Below the pieces are notes generated by a model. It was not told the origin of the DNA, searched no databases, and worked only from the letters and a program-made list of their open reading frames with translations. A stretch of 64,000 nucleotides of DNA from Octopus sinensis. Taxonomy: Eukaryota. Of this stretch, positions 1-14,700 are shown in pieces. The stretch covers positions 74,028,001 to 74,092,000 of the forward strand of contig NC_043005.1 in the NCBI RefSeq assembly GCF_006345805.1. The letters are read 5' to 3'. A program made the translations under genes and the position numbers. The first letter of the stretch is position 1. Each line of letters starts with the position of its first letter.

Positions 1-314
1 ATATAGATGTATGCTAACATAAAGTATCAAATGACTAATGTATAATCAAATGACTAATGTATAATCAAATGATTAATATAGACAAGGTTTTACTTGATAA
101 GGTGATAAAAATTAGTGCGGTACTTTTATTTTGTTACCTACAGCAGAGACAAAATAGTAGCTTTCGTTGATAGTTGAACAAAGGATGCTGGGAAAAGAAA
201 CTCATTTAGTTTATTGTAGTTCATTTTGAACATGTTCATTCCAAACAACTAACTGAGGCTAAAATTAAGAGATATTTAAATACAAATGTTAAAATGGTAT
301 ATTCCCATTTATAC

Positions 315-437
315 CTGTTGTTGTTCTCTGTGTAGTGGATTTAGGGACAAGACTTGTTGATGTAGTTGTTTCTAAAAGATGAGTTGTAGCAGTGGGTGTT
401 GTAACAGATGGAGTGGTCACTATAGTTGTTGTACTTG
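315..437 (-). CDS. Thr-rich linker exon ([26 protein letters not shown]...); an in-frame alternative acceptor would extend it to 446
   Basis: 123 nt, phase 1-1, gtataa donor; paralog of 9508-9630. Confidence 0.78.
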
Positions 438-520
438 CTGACGTCACTATTTACATAAAGAAAGGGAAAACATTGTGTAATTAATATAAAAATTAAATTT
501 ATTATCACAAATATCAACTA

Positions 521-563
<43 letters not shown>

Positions 564-2097
564 ATATAGGAACAAAAAAATGACACCAGAAAAGACAGAG
601 ATGATGTAATGAACTTACAGCTGTTTCTGTTCTAAGATGTGGTGGCCTGTTAATCCCATAGCTTCATCAGAGCCTTGACTATGAAGTGCACCCTCTCTGC
701 ATGACTATATGTCTGCATAATTTTTCTTTTCTTATATTTCATTCTCATATAAACACATGTGCATATTTGCATACATTTTTTCTACATTTGGACAGATCTT
801 TCCATAGGATTCAGTATTAGCTTTCTCACTCATAACACCTGTAGGTTCTGAAAATGTAACTTTCCTAAATAGGTGCACTTCGTATTCAAGGCTATGATGA
901 AGTTATAGGACGTTACCCTGGGACTCCAGAAACAGTTCACCACATCCTATAGCAGAAACAGCTTCAGCTAATGAAGTTCATTATGGAACATTTGGTTTTT
1001 TTTCTAGTGTCATCACTTTTTTGCTTATTTCTTTATTGCCCACAAGGGGCTAAACATAGAGGGGACAAACAAGGACAGACTAAGGGATTAAGATGATTAC
1101 ATCGATCCCAGTGTGTAACTGGTACTTATTTTATCAACCCCAAAAGGATGAAAGGCAAAGTCGACCTCGGCAGAATTTGAACTCAGAACGTAATGGCAGA
1201 CAAAATACCGCTAAGAATTTCACCCGGCGTGCTAATGTTTCCGCCAGCTCACCACCTATTCTCGCCACTCCATACTCAAATAACATTGTGTTCTGTACTA
1301 TGTGTGCCTTGAGTTCTACTCCAGGTTATTAATCATACTACACCTAAGCAAAATACTAATATATATATATACATACACATGAATATATAAGTATGTATGT
1401 AAGTATACCTGCATGTATGTACTTATATATATATGTATGTATATATATATGTGTGTGGAGGCGCAATGGCCCAGTGGTTAGAGCAGCGGACTCGCAGTCG
1501 TAGGATCGCGGTTTCGATTCCCAGACCGGGCGATGTGTGTGTTTATTGAGCGAAAACACCTAAAAGCTCCACGAGGCTCTGGCAGGGGGTGGTGATCCCT
1601 GCTGTACACCTTCACCACTCTTTCTTCTGTTGGCCTGCTCGCTTAGCCAGCGGGGTGGCGTCATTCCAAGGCTAAAACAATGCGAACGCATTGTGACCAG
1701 CGATGTGTAGAAACATCTGATGGTCTGGTCGATCACGTGATCACGTGATATATATATATGTATTTTTGTATATGTATATACATCATGGACTCTCCCATCG
1801 TTGGACAATACATGAGGGTTTGGCAATTTCCAAACGAACAACCACACAGATGATTTGTTTCTAATGATTAAATGTTTGTGTTGACATTAAGCTCACTCTC
1901 TCCATCAAATCGACATTATCTGTACACCAAGTGCACCCTGTGTCACATGTCAGACGACGAAATGATCACAGAGCAATGTGAAATGAAGTGCTTTGCTCAA
2001 GCACACAATGCAACGCCTGGTCTGGGAATTGAACACACAATCTCGCAATCATGAGTGCAACACCCTAACCATTAAGCCATGCACCTTTATATGCACA

Positions 2098-2128
<31 letters not shown>

Positions 2129-5100
2129 GTATGTAGGCATATATGTATGTATGTATGTATGCATGTATGTATGCATGCATGAATGTATGATGTATGTATG
2201 TATGTATGCATGTATGATGTATGCATGCATGCATGCATGCATGTATGTATGCATGCATGTATGCATGCATGTATGCATGTATGTATGCATGCATGTATGC
2301 ATGTATGCATGCATGCATGCATGTATGCATGTATGCATGTATGCATGTATATATGCATGTATGCATGTATGTATGTATGCATGCATGTATGCATGCATGC
2401 ATGTATGCATGTATGTATGTATGTATGTATGTATGTATGCATGTATGTATGTATGTATGTATGTATGTATGCATGAGTAGCAGAATGACAGAAACACAAA
2501 CGTTAGTTCATAAATTGTATTTTATGATACAGCAACAGAGATACAAGTGTCATTTGTTGAATATAGTCTTTTGCTTGATAAACGTATTTTATGTTAGAGC
2601 AACAACATGCAAGAATCATTTGAGAAATTTTATGGTAGAGTGATAGAAATAATAATGTTATTTATTATGTGTGTTCTGACAGAGCTAAACAAAAATAACA
2701 GAGTTAACCGTCAGTTATGGAAAGAATATACTTGTGACAATATAATGCTCTTTTCTACTCTAGGAACAAGGCCTGAAACTTTTGGGGAGGGGGCCAGTCG
2801 ATTAGATCAACCCCAGTACACAACTGGTACTTAATTTATCGACCCTGAAAGGATGGAAGGCAAAGTCGACCGTGGCAGAATTTGAGCCCAGAACGTAAAG
2901 ACAGGCGAACTACCACTAAATATTTCACCCGGCATGCTAAAGCTTCTGCCAGCTCACCGCCTAGTGGCCTAGGTATGAGTATAGAAATTTTGAGCATTAA
3001 TGAATGTGAACATTAAAAAGTAAAAGAAATATTCTATGCAGTAAAGAACTAAATATATGATAATTAATGATAATTTATACACAACATGTTTTAGAAAAGA
3101 TCTATCAGAATTGTTTTAACTTCTTACCAGGATAATGTCAATAAGTTGTCTTGGGATTCAAAGGATGAAAATTGAACAAAAGTGATAGTAATGAAAGACA
3201 CACTGATGCAAAATATAAGTTAATGGTGTTTTTATTGATGTTACAGTTAAAACTAAATGAGGTATGAGAGAAGGAAAGAAACATTTTTTTGTCCCCCTAT
3301 CGTACCCTAACCTCTCATCACTTGCACAAAGTCACCTCCCTCAATACGACTCCCTCTTTCAGTTGAGGGTCTTGCTTTGCAAGATACAGAGTGACCCCAC
3401 TTGTGCTGGTTCCACATTTAAAGCACCCAGTACACTTAGTAAAGTTGTTGGCATTAGGAAGGATGTCCAACTGTAGAATCCATGCCAAAGCAGGATAGAG
3501 CTTGGCACTGTCTTCTGGTTTGCCAGTTCCTATGAAACCATCCAACCCACACCAGTATGGAAATGATTATAATGATGATGATGATGGAGTTTGTTATATA
3601 TTCTTGTTCTATGATAATAGTAACCAAAAGTGAATTTGTTTTCAACCTATTCATTGAATTAGCATGCAATTCACTGACTACTCTAAACATGTGTACTCTT
3701 CTTGTAATCCTCATTTAAAGGGAAAAATTTGACAAGAAAGTCAGTCGTCCACTGACACTCGTTGACGCTACATCGAAGAGGCCAGGGAACAGAAGAAAAA
3801 AGAAGAAAGAAGACATGCACACAACACCAGAGCTGAAGACACCTCCAAAAGTAGGGGGCCCCGCCACGTCAAAACGGTAGAGGAGTAAGGGCCGAAACCG
3901 GACATGGTTCCTCCTGATGCTGTCTTGAGCTAACTGGATCCTATAAAGGAGCTGTTGTGGTAGAAGACCATAAAACACAGTTGAAATTCCCCAAACATGT
4001 GTACCCTTCTTGTAATCCTCAGGCAAAATCAACATGACAGTGAATGACAAGGCTGAGTGTTTGAATTGAAGACACAATCCATCCAATGGCCTTCAATATA
4101 TTGATAGTTTCTCTCCACCCAATTTCATTCACAAGGCTTAGGCTGATCTGAAGTGACAGTGACAGACACTTGCTCACAATGCAAAACTGTAAGATCAAAC
4201 TTAGGACCTGGTCATTGTGAAGCAAATGCTTGAAACATTAGACCATGCTTCTACTATATGCAACACTATTAAATCATTTTGGGGGAAAAACGACATGTGC
4301 CGAGGGTGTTGCTATACTTTGTCGCTGAATGCAGGAGCCAATGTCTCATCAGACAGTGAACCAGCCAGCTCTGTGGGTGTTTCAGTCACCTCCACCCCCA
4401 AAACTCCTACAAAAGAATATTCTTCCTCATGTGATTACTAGTATCATAATTGTCAATATAATCATTCTTACCTTCTGAAATATTAAAGCAAGCCTTCACC
4501 TGCAACCAGACAACATAGTCTTCTGGTGTACTTCCTTCTACCTGACGTGGAGATTCCAAAATAACCTTTACAGCTGTCGCCTTTGGATAGGTGCTCAGTA
4601 TGAGTGGTGTAGAAATGGCAGTACCTCCATTTATCCTATGGAATTCATCAGAACCAGGAATTTGTACAAGAACTGTTACTTTTTCTACAGAACCCATGAA
4701 AGCAACCTCAAGTAGTTCAACTCCTTCAGGTTTATCTGTCAGTTTTATGGTAACACTTGGTTTGGGTTCAGAAGGTGATTTTGGTATTGGAACCTTCCAA
4801 CCAGACAATTCTGGTCTGATATTAGTTACGGGATGGTCTGGTGTGTCAGGAGTTGATGATATGAAGGAATCAGGAATGATATTTATATCATTCATACCTT
4901 CTCTAACCACACAAGGTGCTGAAAAGAAAATACATATAGTTTATAAGGTTATTAAATCATATATATATATACATATACACATATATGTATATATACATAT
5001 ACACATACATGTATATATATATATATATAATACATATATGTATATATACATATACACATACATGTATATATATATATATATAATACATATATGTATATGT

Positions 5101-8100
5101 ATAATACATATATGTATATATACATACATACATATACATATATACATACATACATATACATACATACGTATACATACATATACATACATATATATATATA
5201 TATACCAACATGTGTATTTTATCAAATGACCTACGTGCTATTTATAGACAACAAATAGTACTTAAGATACAATATACCATAAACCTGTCTTTTAAGACAT
5301 TAGAAATGTGGCAAGCATTGCTGTGCTTATATTATTACCAATGGTAGGAACAAGAATGATAATTGTTTTACCAGTGTTTGAACTTGGAATAATGGGAGAA
5401 GAACCTCAATTAGTTTTAATGTAGTTTATCTTGGGCACATTGGTTCTGAACAACTAAATGAGAGTAGAAGAGATGTTAAAATTACAGATTGCCATTTACC
5501 TGATGTTGTTGTCTGTGTAGTGGATTCAGAGACAAGACTTGTTGATGTAGTTGTAACAACAGGTGTCTTAACAGATGGAGACGTCGCAATATGTGTTGTA
5601 CTTGCTGATGTCACAATTTGCAGGTTAAAAAGGAAAATGATAACATATGATTACTATTAAAATTAGATATTAGTTAATTATTAAGAATATCTGGTGCTTA
5701 AACCAATACCCACAAGAGTAAAATAATATTTTATATTGTTGATAAACATATATTTATAATTGTTAGATAATTGTTAACATTGTGAAAATGGGGATGTAAT
5801 AAATAATGATATTGGACAGAGGTATGAAAGTTACAATTCTTCAATCTAATGCCTTAACCCTTTTGTTACCGTATTTATTTTGAGATACTCTGTGTTTCTT
5901 TCAATTAATTTTAAATATAACAAAGAATTTAATAAAATAACTTAGTTTTCATTAAGCTAGTGTTAGGAACATAAATTGTGACTAAGGTTTGGTGGAAGAT
6001 TTTAATTCAAAACTTATGAAAATAAGACATTTGTACTACAGAGCCAGAGGTGGTTTCAGGCGGTTTTGTATCAAAAGGGTTAACTGGAAACAGGTGAGTG
6101 TTGGCAACAGGAAATATATCTAGCCATAGACAATTCTGCCTCACTGAAAAATGGCTCAACCTATGCAAGTATGGTCTAACAGACATTAAGATGAAGTTGA
6201 TGGATGATGTATAGAGCACCAAACAGGCAAAATTTAAGGGACACCATAGTTTGCATCCCATTTCACAACCTGCACAGAGCTAAAGGCAAACATAATTTGC
6301 TTCCAGAATTTCAAATATTATCCCTGGACATCAGAACCTTTTAGTGATGTATCTAACAGTTGTTAAACACCAGCAGATAGATCTTGATGTGTTTTCTTCT
6401 TTTTTGACAGAACATAAATGATATGTTCCGATGAGTTAAAGAGAATTTGAAAGTGCATGGTTTTTTTTAAAATCTCATTGCTAGTGTAAAAGGGAGTAAA
6501 AATACTTCAAATCAAAATAATTGATAATTAATCCATAATTGATGTGTTTGCGACAATCTTTAATATCACAGACAATTAATCATATGATAGAAATATTTTA
6601 AAATATTAAAACCTTACCCCTTGTTGCAGGACTAGTAGAAGGAATAACCGTTCCTGTAACTAAGAAAACAAAAAATTATTTTTAATAAACTTCTTTTCAC
6701 TGATTTCAATTAACAACCATTATAATTATACATCTGATTACACTAACAGAATGTCTACATATCAACAGTAGGGCTGACAATATATAAGTTGTGGTGAGTT
6801 GTGATATTGGCTAAGACATCTCCAAATGTGAATGGCCCATACATCTAATTACATCTGGTTACAATTTGGGCATTAATCTCTATAACCAGCAAAACTCTGG
6901 GTTTCAGTATATCATACACTCTACAAACATTAACCCTTTAGAATTTAAACTAGTCATATCCAGCCAAAATGTTCTACCTGTCATATATGTTAAAAATGGT
7001 CAGACACAACCTCTCACATCTACCTTAAATGTTATTCTAAAAGTTAGCAATCCAATAAGGGGAATTTCAAAGGTATGAGATAATCCATAATAAATTCAAA
7101 CAATGTGAATAAATAAATGTTACATTTGACAGAATAATCTGAATGGTAAAAGGTTGATGTTTTTCATTATATGAGTCTAATGAGACAATCTCTGGATCAC
7201 TCTGTTTACATTTATAGTTGTGACAAAGTAATGTCTGTGCAACACACTGCAGAAAAACTTATTTTATCCAATAACACTGGTATATTCTATTTTTTCCAAA
7301 ATATTTATATATTTTGCAAATACTCTTTGCTCTTTTACTTGTTTCAGTCATTTGACTGCGGCCATGCTGGAGCACCGCCTTTAGTCGAGCAAATTGACCC
7401 CAGGACTTATTCTTTGTAAGGCTAGTACTTATTCTATCGGTCTCTTTTGCGGAATTGCTAAGTTACAGGGATGTAAACACACCAGCATCGGTTGCCAAGC
7501 GATGTTGGGGGGACAAACACAGACACACGAACATACACACACACTTACATATATATATATACACACATATATACGACGGGCTTCTTTCAGTTTCCGTCTA
7601 CCAAATCCACTCACAAGGCTTTGGTCGACCTGAGGCTGTAGTAGAAGACACTTGCCCAAGGTGCTACACAGTGGGACTGAACCCGGAACAGTGTAGTTGG
7701 TAAGCAAGCTACTTACCACACATCCACTCCAGTGCTTAATATATATATCATTTGTTATGACTATTTCATAAATATAAAATTTTAGTCCAATTCTTTCATT
7801 AAGAATACCTTTAAGAAGCATATAAAATAGTGGGTTAAGATTTCTTGATTATAAATTCTGTAGCTGTGTCAATATGACTTTGAAATATTGATACATTTCC
7901 AATAATTAGAGATAATTATTACCTATATTACTATCAGGTTACACAGAGATATGTTCATTTCTAAGTTTTTACTAATATAAACATCAAAACAAATTAATGT
8001 TGTGTCGTATAGATAAGAGTTGCAAAGAAATAATTATAATAAAATATCTTTAAACAGGTACAAGCAACATCTTAAATGTGAAGACTTACAAAACTTATGT

Positions 8101-11100
8101 AAATTCAAGAGAATAAAGCTTAAAATATAGATCAAATCAAAGTAAATATTGAATACTACATTATTTATATTTTTGCAATCTTCATTATCAAATATATTTA
8201 CCTCAGTCAATTATCATTTCAGTTCATAACTAATTAAAATTATTTATTATTATATGTACAATAACTGTAACCAAAGTCAGATTATAATTAGTCAACTGTT
8301 AATATTTCATTTCATGTACAATAACTATAACCAACAAGTAATATGATTATGCTTACCTGCTGAAATATTAAAGCAAGCCTTCACCTGCAACCAGACAAAA
8401 TAGTGTTCTGGTACACCTCCTTCTACAATTCCTTGAGATTCCAAAATAATCTTCACAGCTGTTGCCTTTGGATAATTATTCAATATAAGGGATCCTGTAA
8501 TGTTGGTACCTCCCACTGTCTTCTGGAATTCCTCAGAGCCAGGTGTTTGCACAAGAATTGTTACTTTATCAACACTACCCCACATTTCAACTTCAAGTAG
8601 TTCAACTCCTTCAGGTTTATCTGTCAATTTTATAGTAACACTTGGTTTGGGTTCAGAAGGTGATTTTGGTACTGGAACCTCCCAACCAGACAAGTCTGGT
8701 CTGATATTAGTTACGGGATGGTCTGGTGTGTCGGGAGTTGATGATATGAAGGAATCAGGAATGATATTTATATCATTCACACCTTCTCTGACCACACAAG
8801 GAGCTGAAAAACAGTAATATTTCATTATTTTATATTATTGTAACATTACAATTTAAACTGTATCAACCTCAATAATTTCTTGTATATGCTCCACAAACTT
8901 TATGGACAACCACAATAAAAGCACTTACAGCATTTACTGGTCAATATATAAGGAGCACTCCATCAGTTATGATGATGAGGGTCCCAGCTGATACGATCAA
9001 CGGAACAGCCTGTTCATGAAATTAACGTGTAAGTGGCTGAGCAATCCACAGACATGCGTATCCTAACATAGTTCCCAGGGAGATCCAGCGTGACACAGAG
9101 TGTGACAAGGCTGGTCCTTTGAAATACAGGTACTACTCATTTTTGTCAGCTGAGTGGACCGGAGCAACATGAAATAAAGTGTCTTGCTCAAGGACACAAC
9201 GCGCCGCCGGGAATTGAACTCACGACCTTACAATCGTGAGCCGAATGCCCCTAACCACTAAGCCACATGTCTTCACAATATATAATTCATAGACAAAGCA
9301 TTGAGGCACAATTGTGCTTTAAACATGATAATGTTGTAGAAACTGCTCTGCTATCTATATTTCATCCAGTTTTTGGAGACAAAAATTGAAGTAGATTTCA
9401 CCAGGTTTTGAACTTAGAATGTCGTTTATTGCAGCTCATATTGAAAGCATTAGTATCTATACAACTAACTGAGTCAAGAGATATTTAAATAACATATTCA
9501 TATTTACGTGCTGTTGTTGTCCTTGTTGTGGATTCAGGAGAAATGCTTGTTGATGTAGTCGTTTCTGGATGAGGGGTTGTAACAACAGGCGTTTCAACAG
9601 ATGGAACTGTCACAATACGTGTTGTACTTGCTGAAGTCACAATTTGCAAAGAAAAATGGGATAGCATGATAAATAATAGCAATTAAAGTGAAGTATTATT
9701 TGCTATTATGAATATCTAGTGATAAAGTCAATGGACACAGGATTAAAATGATATTTGATATTGTTGATTAACAAATATCTATAATTGCTACATTATGATA
9801 AACATTGTGAAAGTAAATATAAATAGATAACTTCTAATTAAAGCCAAAAGCCAGTAATTTTAAGAGGAGGGGGTTAGTCAGTTGCAGCATTGGCTCTGAC
9901 ATATACCTCTTACTCTCTTTTACTCTTTTTTACTCTTTTTACTTGTTTCAGTCATTTGACTGCGGCCATGCTGGAGCACCACCTTTAGTCGAGCAAATCG
10001 ACCCCAGGACTTATTCTTTGTAAGCCTAGTACTTATTCTCTCGGTCTCTTTTCGCCGAACCGCTAAGTGACGGTAACATAGACACACCAGCATCGGTCGT
10101 CAAGCGATGGTGGGGGGACAAACACAGACACACAAACATACACACACACACGTATATATACATATAGATATATATACAACAGGCTTCTTTCAGTTTCCGT
10201 CTACCAAATCCACTCACAAGGCTTTGGTCAGCCCGGGGCTATAGTAGAAGACACTTGCCCAAGGTGCCATGCAGTGGGACTGAACCTGGAACCATGTGGT
10301 TGGGAAGCAAGCTTCTTACCACACAGCCACTCCTGTGCCTAAATACCTAATATTTTAGTTTGAAAACCTTGAAAGAGTGAAAGGCAGCATTGACTTTAGT
10401 GGCATTTCAACTCGGAACATAAAAACCAAAACTGTATATCACAGTTTATTAGTAGATTGCTCTAAGAAACCTGCCTATCCACCAGCCTGGATGACATACA
10501 ACAAATATTATAAGGAAGTATAAATGTTCAAAATTGTTAAACTTAAAAGGACTATTAATCATATTTAAGGAACCACTCCATCATATTCCATGGCTTAACA
10601 AGCACATGCAAATAACTTGCCTGAAAAGAGAGATCCTCTCTTGATTTATTAAACAGCTGTTGAGTAGCAGCAATTGTATTTTACTGGATATATAAAAGAC
10701 ATTTTGGTAGAAAATCTAAACTGAGTTAAGAATGTGCAAGAATGTCTTTGATAGTGTAATAAAAAGGGAATGACTTCAAGTGGCAATAGTAATTAATCCA
10801 CAATCTGCCCCTTGGTGACAGCCTTCATAATCTTAATCTTTTTGACACCTACCTGCCCAAGTCTGCTTTTCTACAATACAAAGATCCAGTTTTACAATTA
10901 TCTGAATTAAAAGCCACCTTTAAAATTTCATGTTAATTTTCATTCTAAATAATATGGTGAGCTGGCACAATTGTTAAGAAGTTGAACAAAATGCTTAGCA
11001 TTAATTCTTCTAGCATTTACATTTTGCATTTAAATCCCACCAAAGTTTTTGTCTTCCATCATTTTGGGGTCAATAAAATATATATTTGTTGAATATTGGC

Positions 11101-11666
11101 ATCGATGTAATCAACTAGCCCTGTCCCCTAAAACTTCAGGCTTTTGGCCTATAGAAGAAAGATTTGTATTCCAAATACCAGCTTAATTGCAACACTTATT
11201 TTACTAAATATCTCATTATTTTCAAAATTAATTGAAAAATGGCAGTTTATTTCTATAGAAATATGGTAACAAAAGGATTAAGTAATTAATCAAAATATTC
11301 TGTAATTACAGGAATGTTTTTAGGAATGTTTAAAATTTACCTCTTGTTGCAAGGCTTGTGGTGGGATGAACTGTTCCTGTAACTGGAAAAACAAAAGAAT
11401 ATTCACTTTCCAATTAAGATTCTATTAATTTCTACTTAAGTTTATGACAGTTATAATTATACTCCTGGTTGCATAAAATGGATATCTCAGAATTATTATT
11501 ATTATTATTTTTGAGCAGAGGCAGTAGGATCTGCAAATAAAACAGGCAACCAGTAAGTAGAGGTGAGTCGTGAGTTTGGTCAAGACACCCTAAGCTCAAA
11601 TAACTAATACATCTAATAATGAGGAGCCAATGCAGGAGTTGATTTCCAGAACTAGTAATTAACTAT

Positions 11667-11705
<39 letters not shown>

Positions 11706-14700
11706 AAGTCAATTGCGACATCAAAGTGGCTGTTCCATGTTACTACTAATTTAACCCCAGGCAGTTCTTTGGTGTGGCAACTGACTTTACTTGTTAGTAT
11801 AGTTATTACTCTGATCTCTTCTTGAGATTTTACAACTAGCTATTTTGCTTATATATATATACATACAAAGGGGTGCTGAAAAGTTCCTGGCTTTAAGGGT
11901 ATCCCAAAAGGCTTAGTTGGAGGCTCAACATTCTGAGTTCTTTTACAGGCCTCAGAAAGCAGAAGGATCACTGCAATCTGAGAGGGTAATATGTTGAATA
12001 AAATCATAATTAACTGATCCTCATGTATTTTCTTTTTTACCCAAAGCCGGGAACTTTTCAGCACCCCTTTCTATATATAATAATTAACTAAATATATGAT
12101 ATAACTGAACTTGATTTAAGTTTATCATACATTTTGTGAGAAATAATGTTTGGAATACTAACCATTCCACCGTAATTATAGACATAACTGCAACCAATAT
12201 TAACATCAGTTTGGAGAATATTATAATTCACTTGAAGCATTGTTTATTTTTTGTGAAATATAATGTGTCTTGAATAGCACAACAATGCAGAGTGGACTAT
12301 AATAACTGTTATAATTTATCATTTATAGTCTGATATAATAGTATTTTGGAATATAAAAATTCCTGCTTCAGATATCGCTAGGAATCGATCCAGTCACTGC
12401 TGTGGCCATGCTGGGGCACTGCCTTGAAGGGTTTAGTTAAGCAAATTGACACCAGTACTTATTGTCTTAAAGTCAACTACTTATTTCATTGGTCTCTTTT
12501 GCTGAACCACTATGTCATGGGGACATAAACAAACCAATTCCACTTGTCAAGTGATGAGGTGGTGGTGGGGGACAAACACAACAGGCTTCCTTTCAGTTTC
12601 TGTCTATCAAATCCACTTGCAAGATTTTGTCAACCCAGGTTTATAGTAGAAAACATTTGTCCAAGGTGCCAGGCAGAGAATTGAACCTGGATCTTATTTG
12701 ACTAGGAAGCAAAATTCTTACCACCACAGTCATCACTCTGTGAGGTTCCACTAGTATGCACACCAAAATATATCAATGTCATTTTGTACTCATAAGGACT
12801 GTAATAAAATAATGGTTAGGAAATATCTATTAGAGTAACATTTTAAATTTGAATACCTAGTAAACCCATAATAAATTCATGTGTGTAAATATCAAAATAA
12901 TGACCACTTTAAAGTAAATATTGAATGTTAAATGTTTTATATTTTAGTAGACTTATTTATCTAAAATATAACATCATAGTGCAATCAATTATTAATTATT
13001 TCATTTATAAAACCTATAATCAACAGACAATATAATAATTCTTACCTTCTGAAATATTAAAGCAAGCCTTCACCTGCACCCAGACAAAATAGTGTTCTGG
13101 TACACCTCCTTCTACAATTCCTTGAGATTCCAAAATAATCTTCACAGCTGTTGCTTTTGGATAATTATTCAATATAAGGGATCCTGTAATGTTGGTACCT
13201 CCCACTGTCTTCTGGAATTCCTCAGAGCCAGGTGTTTGCACAAGAATTGTTACTTTATCAACACTACCCCACATGTCAACTTCAAGTAGTTCAACTCCTT
13301 CAGGTTTATCTGTCAATTTTATAGTGACACTTGGTTTTGGTTCAGAAGGTGATTTTGGTACTGGAACCTCCCAACCAGACAAGTCTGGTCTGATATTAGT
13401 TACAGGATGGTCTGGTGTGTCCGGAGTTGATGATATGAAGGAATCAGGAATGATATTTATATCATTCACACCTTCTCTGACCACACAAGGAGCTGAAAAA
13501 CAGTAATATTTCATTATTTTATATTATTGTAACATTTCAATTTAAACTGTATCAACCTCAATAATTTCTTGTATATGCTCCACAAAGTTTTAGCTACCAA
13601 ATAAAAGTGGTAGCACAAATTCAAATGGCTGATTTTTGCTGGCATAAAATGGTTTCTAATGTGAAACCATAAAATGTGAGACCATAATGTGAAACCATAA
13701 AATGGTTTCACATTGACATAAGGTTAAACACTGTCATAGAGGAGTATAACGAATGGAACTGATTTCAGTGCATGGTTGAACAACATTTTAACTCAGAACA
13801 TGAGAGCAGACATGGCTGTGTAGGAGGAAGTTTGCCTCTCAACTACATGATATCAGATTCCATCCCACAGTATGGCACCTTGGATAATGGTCATCTACTT
13901 TAGCACCAAAATGACCAACACCTTATGATTAGATTTGGTAGACAAGACATTAAGAAGCCGATAATGTGTGTGTGAGTGTGTGTGTGCGTGGTGTTTGTAT
14001 GGGTGTTTGTATGTGTAAGTGTGTGTGTGTGTGTGTGTGAGTGTGTTTGTGTGTTTGTGTTCCTGTGTGTGTGCGTATGTGTGTGTGTGTGTATGCATGT
14101 TTGTACGTGTAAGTATGTGTGTGTGTGTGCGTGTGCTTGTGCACAGGTATTGCAAAAACAAATAGACATTTTTGAAAGATTCCTCAAAGCAAAATGTCAT
14201 TTATTGGAATTTAAATACTTAATCTTGTATGTAGTAGACATGCCTTGTTGATTTTGTTGCAAGGAACTACCAATGTCATCTTTGTAGCATTTGCAATCTG
14301 ATTTCTAGCAATATTCCAACATGCCATTTTACTAGGGTGTGCTGAAAAGTCCTTGGCTTTGAGTAAAAGAAAATACAGGAGGATCAATTAATTATGATTT
14401 TATTCAGCATATTCCCCTCTCAGATTCATGCACTTGTTGCTGTGATCCTGCAGTATCTAGGCCATGTTTTATGATTTCAAAATATGATCCTTTCATTGTC
14501 ATTCATGACTTCTTCAATGACATGCTCTTTCTACACCAGGTCTGTTACTCTCCTAGTAGTGATTAAAAACTTATGTAAGACCTTCCTGATTGATAGACTG
14601 ACCAAATGATTGATTAAATAACTGATTAGTTAAATGGTTGACTAGTTGACTAATAATAAAAGATGTGGAGGCATGTGGCTTAGTGGTCAGAGTATCAGCA

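Noticed and set aside
1456-1535. tRNA gene
   Set aside because: No full cloverleaf; it continues into a multi-copy SINE body.
2049-2643. His/Met/Tyr/Cys-rich ORFs (also 4941-5225, 13895-14251)
   Set aside because: Translations of microsatellites.
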